A stretch of 64,000 nucleotides of DNA from a virus, in IMG/VR virus record IMGVR_UViG_3300017716_002841, positions 1 through 64,000 of that record; one strand, given 5' to 3'. Below, one piece after another: positions 55,157-64,000 of the stretch. Both the position numbers and the translations under genes were made by a program. Position 1 is the first letter of the stretch. Each line of letters starts with the position of its first letter. The notes beneath the pieces were generated by a model. The model had not been told where the DNA came from, ran no database searches, and saw only the letters and a list, made by a program, of their open reading frames with translations.

Positions 55157-56737
55157 TTATTGTTTATAATTATCAAGAGTACTCTCAAAGTATTCTTTCC
55201 AGTAGTTATATGTTCGATAATCATCCGGTGTACCCCAACAAATATAGTTAGATACCTCAAAAACCTTTACATTAAGACCTATTTTAATACATTGATTAAT
55301 TACATCATCAACGTAATACTCACCGTTAGTTGTGATATTTTCATTGTAGTTTTTAAATAATCCTTCGGAGAAGTATTTTGCTTTTCTAAAAAACATAGTA
55401 CCGATGATAGCGTGTGTCATAAGAGGGTCTTCACCTACAAACTTCTTACATGATACATTGGTTATACTATTAAATTCATCAACTTCCAACCACGAATACA
55501 TATTTGGATTAACTTTACTTGTCTGATTATTTCTAAATGACCATACAATTACATCAACTGTTTTATCATCTACAAGTTGCTGATATGCTGCTTCATCATA
55601 TGTTACTCCATTATCACATGCTGAGATTTGAATAGGTTTATTACTATCTATGTTAGCTTCACCAATACCTATTTCACACGTACACGCTTGACCTGAAGTT
55701 GTCTCACTAATTTCAATAATAGATGTATTTGTAAAATTGTTATGTAATTCTTCTCTCAAATTATACTCGTTGAGGTGATCTTCTAGACAAATAAATACAG
55801 ATGAAGAACATTTCGGTAGGCAGTTAACGGCCTGTACAACCATAGGTGAACCATCAACATCTAATAATGGTTTAGGTTTTTTGTAATTTTGTTCTGAAAA
55901 GCGACTACCGCGTCCTGCCATAGGTAAAACTAATACTGTTCCAGTTGGGTTTATAGCCTTTTGCTGCTTAATATCTTTCTCTTTAAAATATTTGAGCCAT
56001 GATTGAAATACTTCTAGATCGTATGGTGTACCCCACTGTAACATTTTTTGAATTTCAAAAATACCTACTTTAAGACCATCACGTACAAGCAAATTATAAA
56101 CTAAACTTATATAGTATTCACCGTTTAAACTTAGCCCTTGATCCATCGCTTCTTTAAAATATTTCTTAAGTATATTTCTACTCTTAAAGTAATAGGTACC
56201 ATTAGATGCATACTCATCCATTTTATTTGTAGTAAATGGCTCTTTTTCTTTAATCTGAATTAGCATTCTATTCTCTTCTTTACAAAAAGCATAATTATCG
56301 CTTCCAAGCATATGTGGATGAAATCCTGTATAGCACGGTATCATACCATCGTAGTTTTTTACTGTAGATAAAAATTCCTCAAAATCCCAGACAGTGCCAT
56401 AGTCACAATAGCTTACAATAATCTCAGCTGCATCATCAATATACTCTCTTGCTTGATACACAGCGTCTACAGGACCTTTTCGATTATCTGTTGACACTTT
56501 TACAATTGTACAGTCTGGTACAATATTACGTAGTTCAGATTCAATATTATTATTTTTTATATGTTCCTCATTACATATAAATAAAACACTATTAACATTA
56601 GGAAATAAATTTACTACATAATCAATAATTGGCTTATTATTAATTTTTATAAGTGGTTTTGGATCAGCGTAACCTGCTTCAATAAAACGCTTACCTATAC
56701 CTGACATGGGTATTACTAGTTGAATATTTCTTGACAT
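55157..56737 (-). CDS. tandem sugar-nucleotidyltransferase
   Basis: IPMSGIGKRF..AGY..PKPLI and LPMAGRGSRF...KPKPLL; two WGTP motifs. Confidence 0.85.
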   Translation of the reverse strand: MSRNIQLVIPMSGIGKRFIEAGYADPKPLIKINNKPIIDYVVNLFPNVNSVLFICNEEHIKNNNIESELRNIVPDCTIVKVSTDNRKGPVDAVYQAREYIDDAAEIIVSYCDYGTVWDFEEFLSTVKNYDGMIPCYTGFHPHMLGSDNYAFCKEENRMLIQIKEKEPFTTNKMDEYASNGTYYFKSRNILKKYFKEAMDQGLSLNGEYYISLVYNLLVRDGLKVGIFEIQKMLQWGTPYDLEVFQSWLKYFKEKDIKQQKAINPTGTVLVLPMAGRGSRFSEQNYKKPKPLLDVDGSPMVVQAVNCLPKCSSSVFICLEDHLNEYNLREELHNNFTNTSIIEISETTSGQACTCEIGIGEANIDSNKPIQISACDNGVTYDEAAYQQLVDDKTVDVIVWSFRNNQTSKVNPNMYSWLEVDEFNSITNVSCKKFVGEDPLMTHAIIGTMFFRKAKYFSEGLFKNYNENITTNGEYYVDDVINQCIKIGLNVKVFEVSNYICWGTPDDYRTYNYWKEYFESTLDNYKQ

Positions 56738-56797
56738 CTTTTATAATAATAATCTAAATTAGCGTATAAATCAACTAAAAGTGGTATAAGTAAATAC

Positions 56798-57439
56798 ATG
56801 AGTCTAGAATCTGTCATACACAATCAACGTCGTGATGTTGTTCAAAACAATGTTAATTTCTTAAAAAATAAGTTATACTTAGAATTCGGTACGTGCCATG
56901 GAGCATCTATGCTTGAATATTATGGGCTATATAAAGAATTTGACATACAATCTTCTTTTTATGGTTTTGATTCATTTCAGGGATTACCATTCGAGCCAAC
57001 TGACACTCTAAGTCATAGAGTGTGGGGTCCAGGAGATTTTAGTACGAATGGTAATATCAACCCTGAACTTCTTAACAAACCGGAGTTAAAAATTGTCGAC
57101 GGTTGGTTTTGCGATACACTAACAGATAGTATTGCAGAAGAGTTTGGTGATAAAAAAATAGGCTTGTTACATATCGACTGTGATATATATACTTCGACTA
57201 TTGAGGCTCTTGAATTTATTATTAAGCATAAATTACTCGTTGATGGTACTATAGTTGTATATGATGATTGGGGTGGTTGGCGTCAAGCAGGGTTAACAGA
57301 AGATCAGCAGTATGACATAGGAGAGGGTCGCGCTCACCGAGAGATCTGCGAAAAATACAATCTTAACTTCGAACTAGTTAATAAGGTTGTACCTGCATCA
57401 GAGTTTTACGAAATAGCAACATTTGTATACAGGGCCTAA
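56798..57439 (+). CDS. TylF/MycF-like O-methyltransferase
   Basis: LEFGT..G, GFDSFQGLP, GWFCDTL, LHIDCDIYTST, VYDDW. Confidence 0.85.
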   Translation: MSLESVIHNQRRDVVQNNVNFLKNKLYLEFGTCHGASMLEYYGLYKEFDIQSSFYGFDSFQGLPFEPTDTLSHRVWGPGDFSTNGNINPELLNKPELKIVDGWFCDTLTDSIAEEFGDKKIGLLHIDCDIYTSTIEALEFIIKHKLLVDGTIVVYDDWGGWRQAGLTEDQQYDIGEGRAHREICEKYNLNFELVNKVVPASEFYEIATFVYRA

Positions 57440-57459
57440 CTAACTAACGATTACCTATA

Positions 57460-57903
57460 TCATACTTTAACATAGTCGGTACACACACCATAAACATAGT
57501 TAATATACTTAAATTCCCGCATATCAGTCTCTGTGAGCAGTGGAATTATGCAATTAGTATTAAGCGTCGCAGTTAGATCGTGGACCCATAGATGCCCAGT
57601 ACTGGTGGGAGTATAAGGGTCAGCAGTATGGCAAAAATACTTTGTGTTATTAAGTTTTTTTAACTCGTGAGCTGCTTCAATATTTTTGCAATGGAACCAT
57701 AACTTTTCTTTACGTAAGTTAATCCATGTACAAGATACTTCGTAATCTGGTGTATCATGACCGAGCCAGAACCTATTATTTAAGAACCTAACATCTACTT
57801 CAACGTCGTACCCAAGCTGTAAAGCGCAGTCTATATATGAAGGGCGATTTTCCTTTGATGAAACGGGTCCTATTATATTTCCTCTATGTGATATAATATT
57901 CAT
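57460..57903 (-). CDS. PLC/GDPD-like phosphodiesterase
   Basis: ISHRGN, EN.P.YI, DVEVDV, LGHD, WFHCKN, GVCTDY. Confidence 0.8.
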   Translation of the reverse strand: MNIISHRGNIIGPVSSKENRPSYIDCALQLGYDVEVDVRFLNNRFWLGHDTPDYEVSCTWINLRKEKLWFHCKNIEAAHELKKLNNTKYFCHTADPYTPTSTGHLWVHDLTATLNTNCIIPLLTETDMREFKYINYVYGVCTDYVKV

Positions 57904-58193
57904 ACTTCTTCTATTCTTAGTGTTTTGTCATCTATAAAAAGATCATAATACGGTTTATCTACCCTCAATTCATTGTATTTTGCACCCCATTCCTCTAGCT
58001 GCGCTTTTGTTAATTCGTACCAATCTATTTGCTTGCGACTGCCTCTTGACGTCCAGTAAACAATAGTATTACCTTTATCATATAACTTATTAATTTTTTC
58101 AATATTTTCCTTTATTGGAATTGCTTCAGCATATTTTCTGCTAAGCGGGCTTGTGCAGATTGTTTCGTCTATATCAACATATATAATTTTCAT
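57900..58193 (-). CDS. HAD-family capsule-type phosphatase
   Basis: YVDIDETIC, WTSRG, KP.YDLFIDDK. Confidence 0.85.
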   Translation of the reverse strand: MKIIYVDIDETICTSPLSRKYAEAIPIKENIEKINKLYDKGNTIVYWTSRGSRKQIDWYELTKAQLEEWGAKYNELRVDKPYYDLFIDDKTLRIEEV

Positions 58194-58201
58194 GTTCTCT
58201 A

Positions 58202-59671
58202 TTATTTTAAATTGACTATTGGTAATGGCAAGTTTAAGATAATAAACGAAATATAATCATAATAAGAATTAGTTAATGGTATATTTTTATTAAAAATAAA
58301 ATCTACCGATTGATATTCTTTGAATGTAAATTTATAAAACTTACCTACTGCTTCTAATTCATATTCTAATCTTACTTTATTAAATGCTTCTAATATATTA
58401 TCTACATTATATTTTCTGTCAACTAAAAGTTCTAAGCTAACAGGTTCTTCCTTACTTAAATCATCAACTAAAATAGTATCGTAAGAAAAAAATCTAATTA
58501 TAACATCAGCATATTTTTTTTGTGGTAATATATGTGTATGATAATCTTCTTCACGCTTAGCAATTGAACTTAGAACTTGCTGTATGGTATAACCTCTTGT
58601 ACTTACATCTCTCCTAACTTTCCATTTATTTTTAAGAGTACGTTCAGTATCCATAAAAATTTTTAAATCGTATAACGCGCCTTGATTATTATACATACTA
58701 TGTAGCCCGCACACAATTAAATTATCCGATGAACTAATAGGTTGCGAAGAAGTAAACTTACCAGTATTATGATCGTAATCTACTTGGTATATAGTATTAC
58801 CCATTTTTAAGTTAAACACATCACTCTGCATTTTAGTTATGTGGTTTGCAGTAGGGTTTAAATGAGTTATGGTCTTCCAGCTATCATCTGATCTTTCCCA
58901 TTTATGATATCTATCACCCTCAAGTACAACAGAATTACAAAATAGATTTTTTAGTATATCGCTTAATACACTTTTACCTGAGCCAGAGTCACCACAAATA
59001 GCTATAGTATTACACTTTGATAAGATGAAAGAATATTCTATATCCTTAAGATTATACTGTATACCTCTATTGTTTAAATAGTGATGTAAGAGTGTCTCTG
59101 AAATATTTCCATGAGTAGATATTAAATGTTTAATATTTTCAAATATATTAAAGTACTGGTTCATGGCTACTGAAGGACCGTAGGCAAACGCATCGCATAA
59201 GTATGGATCCTTGGAGGTTAGCAGCTTACTACTATCTATTTTACTATCACTCGGAATGGTAATTATTTTATTACAGTCATCAAGGAAATCGAGATTATTA
59301 AAAGAAACATCTGGTCTATACCTAATTACAAGATCATAATCTTTACCGGTTGTTTTCTCGTTTATACACTTAAGCGTATTTAATTTGTATAATTTAGCCC
59401 AATGATTAATTGTATTGTTCGCTATCTTATCATTTATATATAGAAAATTTGATTCTATTATAACTGATACAGGTGATAGTATATCACTTATTTGCTTAAT
59501 ATCTTTTTCCTCTTCAATTAAATTGAAATATTTATCCTGACTATTTTCGTCTTTAGTTAGATGCAAATAAACATCTACCTTACTATATTTTTTAAGTAAG
59601 CTCTCCTTTATATACTCTACATTGATAGTATAACTTCTAAGATAACCTGCAATTAAGAGTGCAACTTTCAT
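58202..59671 (-). CDS. glycosyltransferase-like domain fused to phosphoribulokinase/uridine kinase
   Basis: KVALLIAG.LR, YDLVIRYRPD; GDSGSGKS, DRYHKWER, YDHNTGKF, RDVSTRGY. Confidence 0.8.
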   Translation of the reverse strand: MKVALLIAGYLRSYTINVEYIKESLLKKYSKVDVYLHLTKDENSQDKYFNLIEEEKDIKQISDILSPVSVIIESNFLYINDKIANNTINHWAKLYKLNTLKCINEKTTGKDYDLVIRYRPDVSFNNLDFLDDCNKIITIPSDSKIDSSKLLTSKDPYLCDAFAYGPSVAMNQYFNIFENIKHLISTHGNISETLLHHYLNNRGIQYNLKDIEYSFILSKCNTIAICGDSGSGKSVLSDILKNLFCNSVVLEGDRYHKWERSDDSWKTITHLNPTANHITKMQSDVFNLKMGNTIYQVDYDHNTGKFTSSQPISSSDNLIVCGLHSMYNNQGALYDLKIFMDTERTLKNKWKVRRDVSTRGYTIQQVLSSIAKREEDYHTHILPQKKYADVIIRFFSYDTILVDDLSKEEPVSLELLVDRKYNVDNILEAFNKVRLEYELEAVGKFYKFTFKEYQSVDFIFNKNIPLTNSYYDYISFIILNLPLPIVNLK

Positions 59672-60564
59672 TGTAATAATTTATCAAAACATTTTAGATT
59701 TAAATCCTGCATACCTTTAATAATCTCTTTAAGTTTTGAGTCTGTAAAAATTTTATTAAAATAGTACTCATAGTTATCTGAAACATCTTTAACAGTTTGT
59801 GCAATATTATCGTAACTAGACCATACAATATATTCACTGTAGGGTATTTTTTCCTTTAGAGGTACATCTTCACTAACTACAATAACACCGCTAAGTAGTG
59901 CTGGTAGTACTCTTAATTCTTCGAAAGTGTGATGATGATCAGTTTGATGAACATTTACTAATACTTTTGCATTCTTGTACACATCATAAAGACAGTCATT
60001 TGTATAGCAGTTGCTTATTGATGTAAACTCTATACTTAGTTGTTTTAGGCAATTTAATATTTCTGATCTTCTCTGATTTGAATTATCAGTGAACATTGTA
60101 ATAATATTTTTTCTACCCTGATCTATAAAGTTAGGTGAGAATAATAGAGGTGATATGTATATATTTTTATCAAGATACTCTTTAAACATATCGTTTGTTG
60201 ATAGGTTATACATATTAGGTAGACTATACTCTATAATGTAGTCGAGATTGTTATAGTAATTAAAATTATCTACCCGTATTAAGTACGTGCCATTATCACA
60301 CGGTACATTACCGTATATTAGCTGATGTACGGATCTACCACCTATCTTAACAAGGGTGTGTTCGCATTGTATATCAATCTTTATTGTTCTATTAGTATTG
60401 TTAAAATTATGGTTATAATTACCTATTATAACATTAATAGAAATATTATTTTTAGCTAACCACGCCTTAAGTAAATTAACACTGTAATTATAATATTCCT
60501 GTATTAAAGTATTATAATTGTAGTCGTGTAGTATAAAGGATTTGTTAACTTGCTCGATTACCAT
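59668..60564 (-). CDS. GT-B type glycosyltransferase
   Basis: AKVLVNVH...FEELRVLPALLSGVIVVSE. Confidence 0.7.
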   Translation of the reverse strand: MVIEQVNKSFILHDYNYNTLIQEYYNYSVNLLKAWLAKNNISINVIIGNYNHNFNNTNRTIKIDIQCEHTLVKIGGRSVHQLIYGNVPCDNGTYLIRVDNFNYYNNLDYIIEYSLPNMYNLSTNDMFKEYLDKNIYISPLLFSPNFIDQGRKNIITMFTDNSNQRRSEILNCLKQLSIEFTSISNCYTNDCLYDVYKNAKVLVNVHQTDHHHTFEELRVLPALLSGVIVVSEDVPLKEKIPYSEYIVWSSYDNIAQTVKDVSDNYEYYFNKIFTDSKLKEIIKGMQDLNLKCFDKLLQ

Positions 60565-61322
60565 TGGTCAGGTGTATTCTCAGTTCTTTGATGAGCTCTT
60601 TTTACAAAGTAAGTTGGTGTTGTGCAATTTACAATATCTACCGTATGGCAGTTGTAATACTGGTCAAGATTACTTATATTACCGTCGATATCGGTATTTG
60701 TATAGTCATTTAATTCCCACAATATTCGCGCTAAATATCTTTCTGATACTTCACGCTCAGCACTTCGCTGGATGGTTAATTGTTCGAAATAGCCTAATAG
60801 TTGATGAACTTTTGCAGTTGCTACAATAAAACTGTTACACCAACAGAAGGTAATTTTGTCTAGGTTATTATCTAAACCTAACTGAGCTAAAATTGCATTT
60901 GAAGCATGCTGAAATAGACCATCTTGGTGATAGGAATTAATAGTACACGCTGTCGTATTTTGATTGTTTAGGCTATTGAAATCATACTTGTTTTTAAGTA
61001 CAAAAGTATCTTGTGTACATGCAATATATTTGTAGTCATCTAAGATATTATTATCTATCAAATATCTCATACCTACACGATACGCTCCTATTTCAAATTT
61101 ACAGTCAATATTATTAGTTAGCAATACAAGTCGGTCACTCTGTTCGAGAGTTTGAAAGATTTCATCGACATGGTTAGAGTTATTATCAATAACTATAGTT
61201 AATGCTTGAGGGTAATATTTTTTAATATTATCTGTATAGTATTTTAAATATGTCGCATGCCCTCTAATATATTTGTGAGCTATAATAAATACTATTTTAT
61301 CATTTATATCTATATTTTCCAT
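60558..61322 (-). CDS. GT-A-like glycosyltransferase
   Basis: IVIDNNS, FEIGAY, CTQDT, ERYL. Confidence 0.6.
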   Translation of the reverse strand: MENIDINDKIVFIIAHKYIRGHATYLKYYTDNIKKYYPQALTIVIDNNSNHVDEIFQTLEQSDRLVLLTNNIDCKFEIGAYRVGMRYLIDNNILDDYKYIACTQDTFVLKNKYDFNSLNNQNTTACTINSYHQDGLFQHASNAILAQLGLDNNLDKITFCWCNSFIVATAKVHQLLGYFEQLTIQRSAEREVSERYLARILWELNDYTNTDIDGNISNLDQYYNCHTVDIVNCTTPTYFVKRAHQRTENTPDQW

Positions 61323-62116
61323 TTATCTGATTTTGTTATGTTATATTTTTTTATGATATAATTGTACTTGTCCGAGACATCCTTATACGACTGACCATAT
61401 TCAGTAGTTAATTTATCATTTGGAATTATCAACTTACCACCGTGGGTTATATGAAGGAACACATATTCACTAACGCATTGAAAGTAACCGCATTCTTTAA
61501 CATTACCTGAGAATAGTTTGTATACATTATATTGTTTACAAAAATGCTGTACATCAATTCCCTCAATAGATCTGTATGTCTTATCCTTAAATGTACTTAG
61601 TATTTGTATTAGAGTCTCTCGCTTCCAGATAGATGGATTTACGTTGTATATATAATTATCGGGATCTGTCTGCTTAACAAGATACAATCTACTATTATAG
61701 AGTTTATCTGTAGCCGTGTTACACCATGTTATAGAGTCGTCGGATGATACATCCGCTAAAATACTATCTTTATTAATAGAAACATATTTTAAATCAATAC
61801 GATCCCAATTATATTGCTGAGCTAATTTGTTTATTTTTAATATACAATCTTCGTTTATATTAACAATAATATCTATATCGTGCGTTAACAGTATATAAGT
61901 ATCATCAATTTGCAATAGACAGCTCAATAGTCTCGACGCGTATGTGTCAGCGTCATTGTAGAATATAACCTTATCGTAATGTCTTGTGATATAATTTATA
62001 TCGTGAGTTGATTCGTTAATAAACAATGTATGCTTACCACCATTGCAGATATGATCTGTCTGTATTTCAAGAATATCTAGGTAGTCTGTGTGACTATAGA
62101 CTGTAAAATTTACCAT
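61310..62116 (-). CDS. GT-A-like protein
   Basis: YSHTDYLD, YASRL, HDIDI, VNPSIW, HITHGGK. Confidence 0.55.
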   Translation of the reverse strand: MVNFTVYSHTDYLDILEIQTDHICNGGKHTLFINESTHDINYITRHYDKVIFYNDADTYASRLLSCLLQIDDTYILLTHDIDIIVNINEDCILKINKLAQQYNWDRIDLKYVSINKDSILADVSSDDSITWCNTATDKLYNSRLYLVKQTDPDNYIYNVNPSIWKRETLIQILSTFKDKTYRSIEGIDVQHFCKQYNVYKLFSGNVKECGYFQCVSEYVFLHITHGGKLIIPNDKLTTEYGQSYKDVSDKYNYIIKKYNITKSDKWKI

Positions 62117-63342
62117 ATTTGTATATCCTTAAACTTGTTCATATTAATGCACCACGGTGAGTTTAGCCCACCGTCTATTTTTTTAACATCTTGTTTGAGT
62201 ACTGTAATTGTATCGTACTGAATGCTTTTATTCCAACCTGCAACTGCAGATTTTGTATAAGAAATAGTAACTGTATCACTATCAATATCGATAATTTCAC
62301 CTACAATATTATCTACCGACACTCTCATAAATAATTTAAATTCATCATTACTTTCATGGTAAGTATCATTAAAGGGTATATAATTAACTGGCTTAAAAGA
62401 ATATTCAAACCGTTTATTAACATCAAGAAAACCTGGTGAATTTAAAGATATAAGATTACAGCTATTTTTGGAATATAATACGTTACACAGTCCACCTCCT
62501 ATAGCACCAATAACGTATCGTGCGTTAGCGAATAAAAATATTTTTTCTATTGTAGTGAGAGTCTCGGTAAATACTTCTTGATACTTATTCTTTTGTAGAT
62601 AGTTTATCAATTCATCTTCGTTTACTAACCGTCGTCTCGTTGTGTAATCCGTTCCTATATTGGATAAATTACCATGTAACCAACTCCTTCTCGATACATA
62701 TATATTACTAATAATACCTGGGCTATTATTGTTTTGTAATACTTGCTCTGTAATAGTATTATATAGTTTGTAGACTTCGTATCTAGGTGGTAAGTTAGAA
62801 TTAATACCGTGTGTATAAGAGTCTGAAATATAGAGAGTTTTATAAACAGTATCATCACGAACTACTTTAATGTCGTCTGAATTAATATTGAGTAGCTCAA
62901 GTAATTCATTAACGAAATTATATTGCGTAGTCCTAACACTATTAGGATAATTCATTAACAGTTTTAACCTAGGCTCCGTTTTTCGTAAATGTAAGTATGA
63001 TATTAGATACGGTAGTGTATCATATACAAAATGATAATAGTTGTCTGTATTATACACAAAAAAGAAGCAAGGCTCTTCGTCATATAACGGTATATTTTGA
63101 TCTGTATATTCAATCGTTGATATGGCTTTAATACTCTTTAACGACATTACCTGTTCATTTATAGGTGCATACAGCTCAGTAGTATCTTTAGAATATGCTA
63201 ATATATTAGGGTAATATAAATTAGAACCAGTAAACACCACATAATTAAGAGTATATATATTAACCTCTCTACCATTATCATCCATAGGAAGAAAATTAAC
63301 TTTTACCTCTATAGAGTGTATATCTTTAATATTATATAACAT
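62110..63342 (-). CDS. GT61 (DUF563) glycosyltransferase
   Basis: NYYHFVYDTLP, IYVSRR, RRLVNEDEL, GAIGGGLCN. Confidence 0.8.
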   Translation of the reverse strand: MLYNIKDIHSIEVKVNFLPMDDNGREVNIYTLNYVVFTGSNLYYPNILAYSKDTTELYAPINEQVMSLKSIKAISTIEYTDQNIPLYDEEPCFFFVYNTDNYYHFVYDTLPYLISYLHLRKTEPRLKLLMNYPNSVRTTQYNFVNELLELLNINSDDIKVVRDDTVYKTLYISDSYTHGINSNLPPRYEVYKLYNTITEQVLQNNNSPGIISNIYVSRRSWLHGNLSNIGTDYTTRRRLVNEDELINYLQKNKYQEVFTETLTTIEKIFLFANARYVIGAIGGGLCNVLYSKNSCNLISLNSPGFLDVNKRFEYSFKPVNYIPFNDTYHESNDEFKLFMRVSVDNIVGEIIDIDSDTVTISYTKSAVAGWNKSIQYDTITVLKQDVKKIDGGLNSPWCINMNKFKDIQIW

Positions 63343-63343
63343 A

Positions 63344-64000
63344 TTACACCCACCCTTGATCAGGGTGCATTAGGTATTGATGAACATTAACTGCGTTACC
63401 TCTTAAGAGAGCAGCCCATATACCACAGTTACCCGAATGTGTAACGAGGTGATTACATTTAGATACAATGCTTGTTGAGCTTAAAATTCTCTGAGCAAAC
63501 TTATGTCTTTGATCAGAACTTATTATATGCTGTAATGCTATATTCTTGTTACTTTTTATACAAGGCATTTCTTCAAAGAAAAACGAACATTCAAAATTTC
63601 GTTGAAATTCATTTCTAAATTCTACTTCATCAGTTTGAATAAGAAATCTAATTTGGTTATTCTTATCGTAAATTTGCTGACACTTATTAAAGAATTCCGT
63701 ATAGGATGCGATTCCTGTTTCGGTTGATTTATCGTTACCACGATAAAAGACTGAAACCGTATTATCGTATTCTATATTGTATTTTTCTTCTAATTTTTTA
63801 TTGTACTTTTCAATAACGTCACTCAGGCTAAAATACTTATAGATAAATGGTGTTATATTTTTAAAATCGAGTTGATTGTATGCTGTAAATTGGTGGTTGT
63901 GATGATAATCAATCTCTTTAACATACTCAATATTATTGGATTGCGTACATTTAAATAATAATGAATTTAAATCTTCGTTAGGATCATAAGGATTAATTTT
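63344..64000 (-). CDS. fucosyltransferase-like (NodZ/GT23-type) protein, 5'-truncated by window edge
   Basis: Frame appears open to the window end; SVFYRGNDK, FLIQTDE, SGNCGIW. Confidence 0.6.
   Translation of the reverse strand, partial: KINPYDPNEDLNSLLFKCTQSNNIEYVKEIDYHHNHQFTAYNQLDFKNITPFIYKYFSLSDVIEKYNKKLEEKYNIEYDNTVSVFYRGNDKSTETGIASYTEFFNKCQQIYDKNNQIRFLIQTDEVEFRNEFQRNFECSFFFEEMPCIKSNKNIALQHIISSDQRHKFAQRILSSTSIVSKCNHLVTHSGNCGIWAALLRGNAVNVHQYLMHPDQGWV

Noticed and set aside
58202-59000. Phosphoribulokinase as a Calvin-cycle auxiliary gene
   Set aside because: It is fused to a transferase-like domain inside a glycan cluster, with no photosynthesis or carbon-fixation genes nearby.
1-64000. 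Stop-codon reassignment, introns or inteins
   Set aside because: Core genes (nrdA, nrdB, gp20, gp23, thyX) are intact at normal length under the standard code, and TAA, TAG and TGA all end genes.

Overview
64 kb of a large, AT-rich T4-like (myovirus-type) phage genome using the standard code; no tRNA, rRNA or CRISPR array was found. (1) 1-18.5 kb is an accessory region of about 60 short + strand genes built as single-gene cassettes. About 29 are headed by a repeated GGAAC-N5-TATAAT promoter motif, usually with ATG 5-8 nt downstream (apparently leaderless). Interleaved with these are genes headed by the TAAATA late-type promoter: a 14-member paralogue family (MRY...PETHPFFN), five HRxDGPA-repeat proteins, and an HNH-NUMOD3 endonuclease with a divergent hairpin RNA complementary to its own start. 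A non-coding A/T-tract region at about 15 kb may be a terminus, pac site or origin. (2) 18.7-32.8 kb holds a lysozyme, thyX, holin/spanins/endolysin, a phosphoribosyltransferase, nrdB/nrdA, ClpP, a split gp5, and a 7-deazaguanine DNA-modification cluster (TGT/DpdA-like, formyltransferase, kinase, QueF). (3) 32.8-41.5 kb holds fibre genes, including a tandem array of five related putative adhesins. (4) 41.5-55 kb holds an HNH + methyltransferase pair, then gp23, gp22, gp21, gp4, gp13, gp20, gp15, a DinG-like helicase, GroES, gp62 and a DUF366-like gene. (5) 55-64 kb is a glycan biosynthesis/glycosyltransferase cluster. All calls come from motif recognition by eye; no database searches were run.
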